This document shows positions 62,186-63,926 of a stretch of 63,926 nucleotides of DNA, piece by piece. The DNA is taken from positions 62,075 through 126,000 of the forward strand of contig CDMY01000123.1 in the NCBI GenBank assembly GCA_001179505.1, read 5' to 3'. A program made the translations under genes and the position numbers. Position 1 is the stretch's first letter; the number at the start of each line of letters is the position of its first letter. The notes under the pieces are model-generated. The model saw only the letters and a program-made list of their open reading frames with translations. It had not been told where the DNA came from and searched no databases. This DNA comes from Vitrella brassicaformis CCMP3155. Lineage: Eukaryota; Protista; Chromerida.

Positions 62186-63926
62186 CACACACAGGCAGAC
62201 AGAGCGCCACATCCATCCATCCATCACGCGCATCCCCCGAGTGTGGATGCGTTGATCGACCAGGTGGCATCCCTGCGCCGGACCAGGAAGTGCCGATCCT
62301 GCGGATGTTTGGCGTGACGGAGGGCGGGCAGAGTGTGCTCGCACACATACACGGTTTCATGCCCTACTTCTACTGCCAGGCACGCACACAACCAACCAAC
62401 CACACCGATAGATAGCACAATCCACAAATCCCTCCATGTGTGTGTGTGTGTGTGTGTGTGTGTGATGGTGGTCTGTCTGTCTGTCTGTCTGTCAGTGTCC
62501 GGACAAGTGTCGCGATTCGGCCAAGATGAGGGCCAAACTCGAAGTCAGTCAGTCAGCAGCCAGCCGATACTAGAGATGTGCAGATCAGATGGTGTGTTGC
62601 TTGTGTGTGTCTGTGTGTGTGTAGGAGCGTTTGAGGGTAAACAACCGCGGCATCAAGCAGCTGGTGCTGCACGTAGAGGTCGTCCAGAAACAGGTGCATG
62701 CGCACACACACACAGGACATCGACACACAGATACCCAACACACACCACACCACACCACACCATTGCGGATGGATGGCTGGATGGGTTCGGCTTCGTGCAG
62801 TCTCTGATGTGGTATGTGCCCGACTCGACCGCTGACACTTCCCACTTCTTCCGCATCACAGTCGCACAGCCGAGGCTCGTGCCGCCATGCAGAGATATCA
62901 TAGAGAGAGGTGCGGTGGTGTGTCGGCCAGGGCCAGGCCAGCACCCCTCCCCCCTTTGCTATGCACCTGGTGTGGCTGTCTGTGGTGCGTGTGGTGTGTT
63001 AGGTTTGGAGTTGCAGCCGGGCGCGCGTGTGCCGACGACCCCCTACGCGACGTTTGAGAGCAACATCGCCTTCCCACTTCGGTACATGATCGACAACGGC
63101 GTCACCGGCGGCTGTTGGGTGGAAGGTAGGTCGGCTGACGGAACGAACACACACATACATACCCATCCGCCCACACCCACACCCACACTAAGAATGACGG
63201 CACTCGTTCGTGTGTACGTGTGTGGGTGGCGTCTGTCTGTGTGTGTGTAGTGCCTGCCGGTAGCTATCAGGTGCGCAGCCACGCCACGACGGTGGGGCTG
63301 TGTCAGATCGAGGTGGACCTTCCCTACACAGGTGGGTGTGGGTGCTGGTGGGCGTGAGTTATGCATCACACACAGCGGGGCTATCGAAGCTTTGCTCCAT
63401 CCATCCTTTTCGTTCGTCAGATTTGGTGTCGTTGCCGACGGACGGTGACTACATGAAGCTGGCGCCCCTGCGTGTCCTGTCATTCGGTCAGGCGGCACAC
63501 AACACACAACACACACATACACAGACAGACAGACATGCAGGCCACCTGTGGATGGATGACGTGTGTGGGGGTGTGGGGTCAGACATCGAGTGTGTCAAGC
63601 TCGAGGGCCAGGGGTTCCCTCAGGTAGGCCCCCCCCCTCAGCCACACACGCACGCACACGCAGCACACAGATGCGTGTGCACATATTGTCGTGTCATGCG
63701 TGTCGGTCAGGCTGAAGAGGACCCCGTCATTCAGATCGCAACCGTAGTCAAAATACACGGTAGGAACGAAACGACAGACAGACAGAAGTGCGTGCATCTG
63801 TGTGGGGTTTGTGCTGTCTGTCTGTCTGTCTGTCTGTATGTCTGTCTGTCTGTGTGTCTGTGTGTGTGCAGGTGATGAGGAGCCCCTGTGGAAGGCCGTG
63901 TTTGTGCTCGGCACATGCGCCCCTGT
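61695..63926 (+). CDS. POLD1: DNA polymerase delta catalytic subunit, 5' part (continues beyond window)
   Basis: [64 protein letters not shown] (Exo I) and DPVIQIA. Confidence 0.93.

Noticed and set aside
1-63926. Most ORFs in the supplied track (rich in CVCV, HTHT, LSVCLSV, TDRQ)
   Set aside because: They are translations through intronic (CA/TG)n and (GACA)n microsatellites or antisense shadows of real exons, not genes.
1-63926. CRISPR arrays, rRNA, tRNA, transposase/integrase/reverse transcriptase genes
   Set aside because: No repeat-spacer array, recognisable RNA gene or mobile-element protein motif was seen. The 40-52 kb island has no visible terminal repeats or viral hallmark genes.
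34147-63926. Pol X and Pol delta as a DNA-repair gene cluster; KAP and centrin as a flagellar cluster
   Set aside because: The genes are separated by unrelated genes, and two per category in about 17 genes is not evidence of functional clustering.

Overview
Intron-rich eukaryotic nuclear DNA, not prokaryotic. GC-rich exons are split by many short introns full of (CA)n/(TG)n, (GACA)n, (GA)n and (ATCC)n microsatellites. This, plus bipartite plastid-targeted proteins and flagellar genes, suggests a chromerid alveolate such as Vitrella brassicaformis (inference). About 17 protein genes were reconstructed by hand from splice sites: a coiled-coil protein (partial), KAP/KIFAP3, Mpv17/PMP22, a centrin-like protein, a COG0523/CobW GTPase, a leishmanolysin-EGF protease, cyclin Y-like, Pol X/lambda-like, a plastid NAD(P)-binding protein, a papain-family protease apparently fused to ankyrin repeats, two hypothetical proteins, a small Pro/Tyr-rich protein, F-box, mTERF, a RING E3 and DNA Pol delta (partial). 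There are three 300-N gaps. Best leads: (1) a probable giant signal-peptide + cathepsin + ankyrin fusion gene in a microsatellite-poor, short-intron island; (2) introns with complementary CA-rich 5' and TG-rich 3' repeats that could fold back and bridge splice sites; (3) a shared TGCGAGCT motif in very short bidirectional promoters; (4) a 47-bp-stem intergenic hairpin with strand-polarised G.U pairs; (5) an in-frame TAA inside an otherwise perfect EGF module of the leishmanolysin gene. Gene models are manual, and exon boundaries are not transcript-verified.
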